Origin: Lingula anatina | Taxonomy: Eukaryota; Animalia; Brachiopoda | NCBI GenBank assembly: GCA_051362555.1 | Contig: CM120641.1 | Span: 12,090,001 to 12,154,000 of the forward strand | DNA: 64,000 bases | Direction of reading: 5' to 3' | Shown here: one piece after another, positions 60,309-64,000 of the stretch | How positions within the stretch are numbered: the first letter of the stretch is position 1 | Layout: each line of letters opens with the position of its first letter | Position numbers and translations under genes: made by a program | The notes under the pieces: generated by a model | What the model was told of the DNA's origin: nothing | What the model saw: only the letters and a program-made list of their open reading frames with translations | The model's database searches: none

Positions 60309-62947
60309 TGTCACGGTCACCTTTATCTGCTATAGCTATTTCTATCCATAACAGGGTAACGTGAACTAACAACATCGTTGACTTCACACCATCATCTTTA
60401 CAGCGGGACTTATTCATCCTTGTGTTAGCTGACCTTGCGAGGAAGTTTATTGGAATATATTTCTGAAAATCAAGTTAGGAAAATTCACTAGTTTACTAAA
60501 GACACGAAACAACTATCACTTTTACTTTAAAATTTTTTATCATATTTTGATAAAATGCTTTTCGGTATTGATATCTATTTATTTTTTCCGGAAGTAATGA
60601 ACAATAGAACATCAGGATGATGGTGGGGTATTCATTATAATGGTTTATTTAAGCTTTCATCGCATGCTGGTTATTTTGGTAACGATAGTCCGAATGTTTA
60701 ACAAATCGCACAGCTCTAGTCGCCCACTAACCCCAAGCCCAATTTGGAATTAACCGCTAAATGTGGTTCATACAGCATAAGACGTGTTTTGGTTATTTAT
60801 AAAAAAGGTTTTCAAAACATTAAATAATATTTTTCCAGAATGTTATAAAACGCTTATAAAACTGCAGGGGCATCATTTTGCATGGAGTTAAAAACACCCA
60901 TAACGTTACCATAACGTTATTCTATACTATCACCATCATGTAACCAGCTGAATTTGTTATTTGGATTATTACTTAATAGGCCTATTTTAAATAATCACAC
61001 GTTACTGCAAGGAAGGACACAACGCGTTCGAGCAAGCTGCTCCACGCCTCCAACAGCTCCATACGTTTACAAGGGGAAGTGTTGAGCCAAATTGTTGATT
61101 CTTGTAATAAACTTGTTATGGGATCGTATACATAGGATTGTGAAGTATTTTTTTTCTATGACAAGCTTGAAAAGCTAAACGTGTTGTTCAGCAGCTCCAC
61201 GCGCTTAGGAGTTCCACACCTATAGCAGCTCCATATGTTTAGCAGCTTCACGCGCTTAGCAGGGGAAGTGCTTAGCCAATGTGCTTAGCTTGTGATAGAC
61301 TTGTTATAGAATCATATGCCGGTGAAGCTAAACACATAGCTAACGTGTAACACTGCCAACGTGTCTAGCTTTTACTTCTGTGAAACGCTTGAAAAGCTAT
61401 ACGTGTTTAGCTTTTACACATATTTCTTAATGCGTATAGGTACCTAACGTGTGTTGTATGTATTTAAATGCTAAACACTGTTTTTACAGTGTAGCATCAC
61501 ACAAAGACAAATGTCGGGAAGTTGTAAAATCAACATAAAACATCATTTCCTTTGTGAACAAAAGCGTCAAACTAGACTATACCTTCAAACATTTTGTAAT
61601 AATGAGAGTGGTTTCTTGATTATAGAAATGTCATGTCAATTATTGATATAAGCTTGACTGAATTTCATTACGATTTCCTTTTATTTCACCAATACATCTC
61701 ATTTTTAATTATTTAATTAAATTTGTTAAATTACACTGTTTTGCTTACCATAGGTGAACGCCCGTTTTGAGCCTTGTCAGGGAATAGCAGGGGCAACATG
61801 CAACTGCGCTGTGGCCGTTAAGTCGGGCACAGATATATTCATTGCTGACTCCTGCAATGACCTGCGGTTGCTGAAGCAAGGTCTGAACACACCCTACAGT
61901 GTTGGGGTGGTAGGCTGTGACTTGGAAGGAATGAAAATCGAGATGACAAATGGTGGGAAAAAATTTAAGGTGACCACCCTCATGTTAAGTTATGTAAAAT
62001 TGATTACAAATTTGCACAGAGAAATCACATATTTTGCTCATGATTCGAATTTCAGGAAGCTTGATAGTTTTTTTCCTTTTGAAAGAATGCGTAGATGTAC
62101 TGAAGCATACGTATGTTCTTCTTACCATAGCATTTAGTGTTATTGTACCATCAGCGTGCATGGGAGAGCTGGTGGTACTTATGGTTTTAGCCCAGACCCC
62201 TCTCGTCCGCCGCTTGTCAGCAGATACAAGTCACCTCTAAATTATATCTTTGAACCCCTTTGATTTTGGCCTCTGTTCGTGTATATGCCTAGGTGCGACG
62301 CTCTCTCATATTGCATTTTAAGGTCAATACGGCCAAAATTTTGCAAAATTTTCAATTTTATGCGAAAAAAATTTGTGTGATTTTCAGAAACTGCATAGAC
62401 CTATGTTTTTTTATTTTTTAATTTTTTTTATTTTTACTACGGTGAGAAGTTACACTTGGGGTATCCTTTTATGTGCGTGAATTTGGGGTCTATCAGTGCA
62501 CCGAAAAGCTAGTGATCTCTTGTTTGCATGAAATGCGCTTCGCAAAATTTCTAGCCCATACATTTCCTAATCTAGAGGAGATTCTCACCCTTAGTTGCCA
62601 CTGAACTTGAATACGATAAAAACCCTGCTGGGGTAAAAAAAAAAAAAAAAAAAAAATCTAGTTACAATAATGTTTCCCCTTCAGATAACATTGCCAACTG
62701 GTGGCCAAGTCGTAATAACATACCAGAATTGGGGTGGAAAGTTTCTTAACCTGGATATTTTTCCCGGTGAACTGGATATAGACAACACAAGAGGCCTCTG
62801 TGGGGTGCTGAACAGTAATGTGAACGACGACTTCTTGCACTCTGATTTGACGACAGTGACTCCACATACCACATCTCACCCGAATGCATTTTCATTATCA
62901 TGGAAGTAAGTTTAAAGACACACTGTGCTGGTTAGACCATTCTATGC

Positions 62948-62989
<42 letters not shown>

Positions 62990-63602
62990 TGTTTTATTGT
63001 TGTTAGAAATACTCTATTCAAAACCGTTAGGAAAAATACAACCTGTGAACCTAATTTCGAGTTCTGAATTTCTTAGTTTTATCGTCAACAGCAAAAAGGC
63101 ATATAGCGTAATGCAACAGAGTTAACGACATTATTTATAATGCTTCCAGCCCCTTGCCTCCACTTCATTCTTTTGAATAAACGTTGTTTAAAAAAAATTA
63201 TTTATTTATCGTCCCAAATATACAGTAGTATTGTAGTTCAGCGCTGTTTTTATATTCCAGAGTCACTGTGCCAACTGAAAGCCTGCTGTCTGGAACACCT
63301 GGAACAGCATATACCAGGCACCCCTACTGTAAATGTCCAGTGAACAACTGGGATCCGACCGCCAGTTTGGACTGTAATCTTAATAACCAAGTTGCGGTGT
63401 GTGTGAATCAAGCTGCGGTCACCAGCGCCTTCTTCCAACAATGCCAAAAAAGACGAGACACAACGAACGATGATGATGTCTTTGAGCCGAGAGTCTATGT
63501 AGACTATGATGATTTTGTACCTGCGGTAGGTTGACAAGTGTTATTTTTAAGATTTTTGAATGGCACAAAATAGGTTTAAAACAGAGACCAGTTCAATGTA
63601 AA

Positions 63603-63650
<48 letters not shown>

Positions 63651-64000
63651 TATGATTGGAAAACGATTGTATTAAACGTGCTGTATAGAATTTTAAGGTT
63701 AAATATTACGTTAAATATTATGCAAGTGAAAAATGAAGTCCGTCTTTCTTGTAAGTCTTTGATACATACATACATGTACAGTGGCTATTTTGCATATCCC
63801 GAAATACGAGGTGCTAAATACGAGGTGCTTAATAATGTATTTGCTTGCTACAATTCATCTACAGGAAGCAGAATGGAGAAATGGATGGAATGAAGTATCC
63901 GCTCGAGAATTCTGCAACCGTTACATCTTCTCCAAAGAGTCAGTGAAAGGATGCACTGAATTAAGCAATGTAGACACAGAGGGGCCGGTGGAAGGGTGCG
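52104..64000 (+). CDS. VWDE-like secreted protein (von Willebrand factor D and EGF domain family), 3' partial. Exons: 52104-52191, 54300-54509, 54743-54907, 55128-55190, 55709-55956, 57875-57961, 58101-58505, 58803-58888, 59652-59715, 61754-61969, 62685-62905, 63261-63525, 63865->64000
   Basis: Signal peptide; UMOD/GP2 D8C-type domain (DPC...NDPRRS, CD....WYRF, CST..PVWLNG, IKVKNC...VYQL..T.GC..AYCAG); VWD domain (CYSHNDPHMRTFDG, GEFVMYKH, CNCAVAV, TRGLCG..N....DDF, F..SWKV...SLL). Start is 52104 or 52119. EGF repeats are not visible in the window. Confidence 0.88.
53485..53690 (-). pseudogene. Degenerate Tc1/mariner-type transposase fragment in intron 1 of the VWDE-like gene
   Basis: Minus strand encodes DRNHPFLFQDDNAAPHSA (Tc1 FQ.DNA..H catalytic motif), preceded by frameshifted KY-IDIL and CIKYRGINEL segments. 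Confidence 0.65.
60134..61491. mobile_element. Non-autonomous CACTA/EnSpm-like DNA transposon (1.36 kb) with TA TSD
   Basis: ta|CACTGTAAAAACGGTGTTTAGCAC ... ATGCTAAACACTGTTTTTACAGTG|ta; subterminal short repeats (agctccac, gctaaac) and an internal (CA)n. Confidence 0.82.
62948..62989. repeat. (AAT)n microsatellite
   Basis: Directly visible. Confidence 0.95.

Overview
AT-rich eukaryotic (invertebrate metazoan, probably lophotrochozoan) genomic DNA with spliced genes, so most entries in the ORF track are exon fragments or noise. I rebuilt exon chains by hand from splice sites and reading-frame continuity. Gene order: ZFAND3-like first coding exon (-), head-to-head with a TEX49/SPMIP11-like gene (+); two adjacent long single-ORF genes sharing an N-terminal coiled-coil motif (-); MRPL14 (-), head-to-head with a 22-coding-exon TMEM63/OSCA (CSC1-like) channel (+); a secreted PAN/Apple + pentraxin gene (+); TMEM26-like (-); and a VWDE-like gene (+) that runs off the window end. 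Introns and intergenic DNA hold many non-autonomous transposons (MITEs with TSDs, a CACTA-like element, a Helentron/DINE-like array, LINE 3' ends, a Tc1 remnant). I saw no prokaryote-type novel system. The best leads are at the TMEM63 locus: a candidate UGC-preceded 30-nt microexon at the position of the mammalian TMEM63B alternative exon, a retained editable CAG at the Q/R site, the MRPL14-TMEM63 divergent pairing as in human, an inverted LINE pair bracketing the shared promoter, and a 189-bp duplication of a splice acceptor. Homology calls come from recalled sequence motifs, not database searches.
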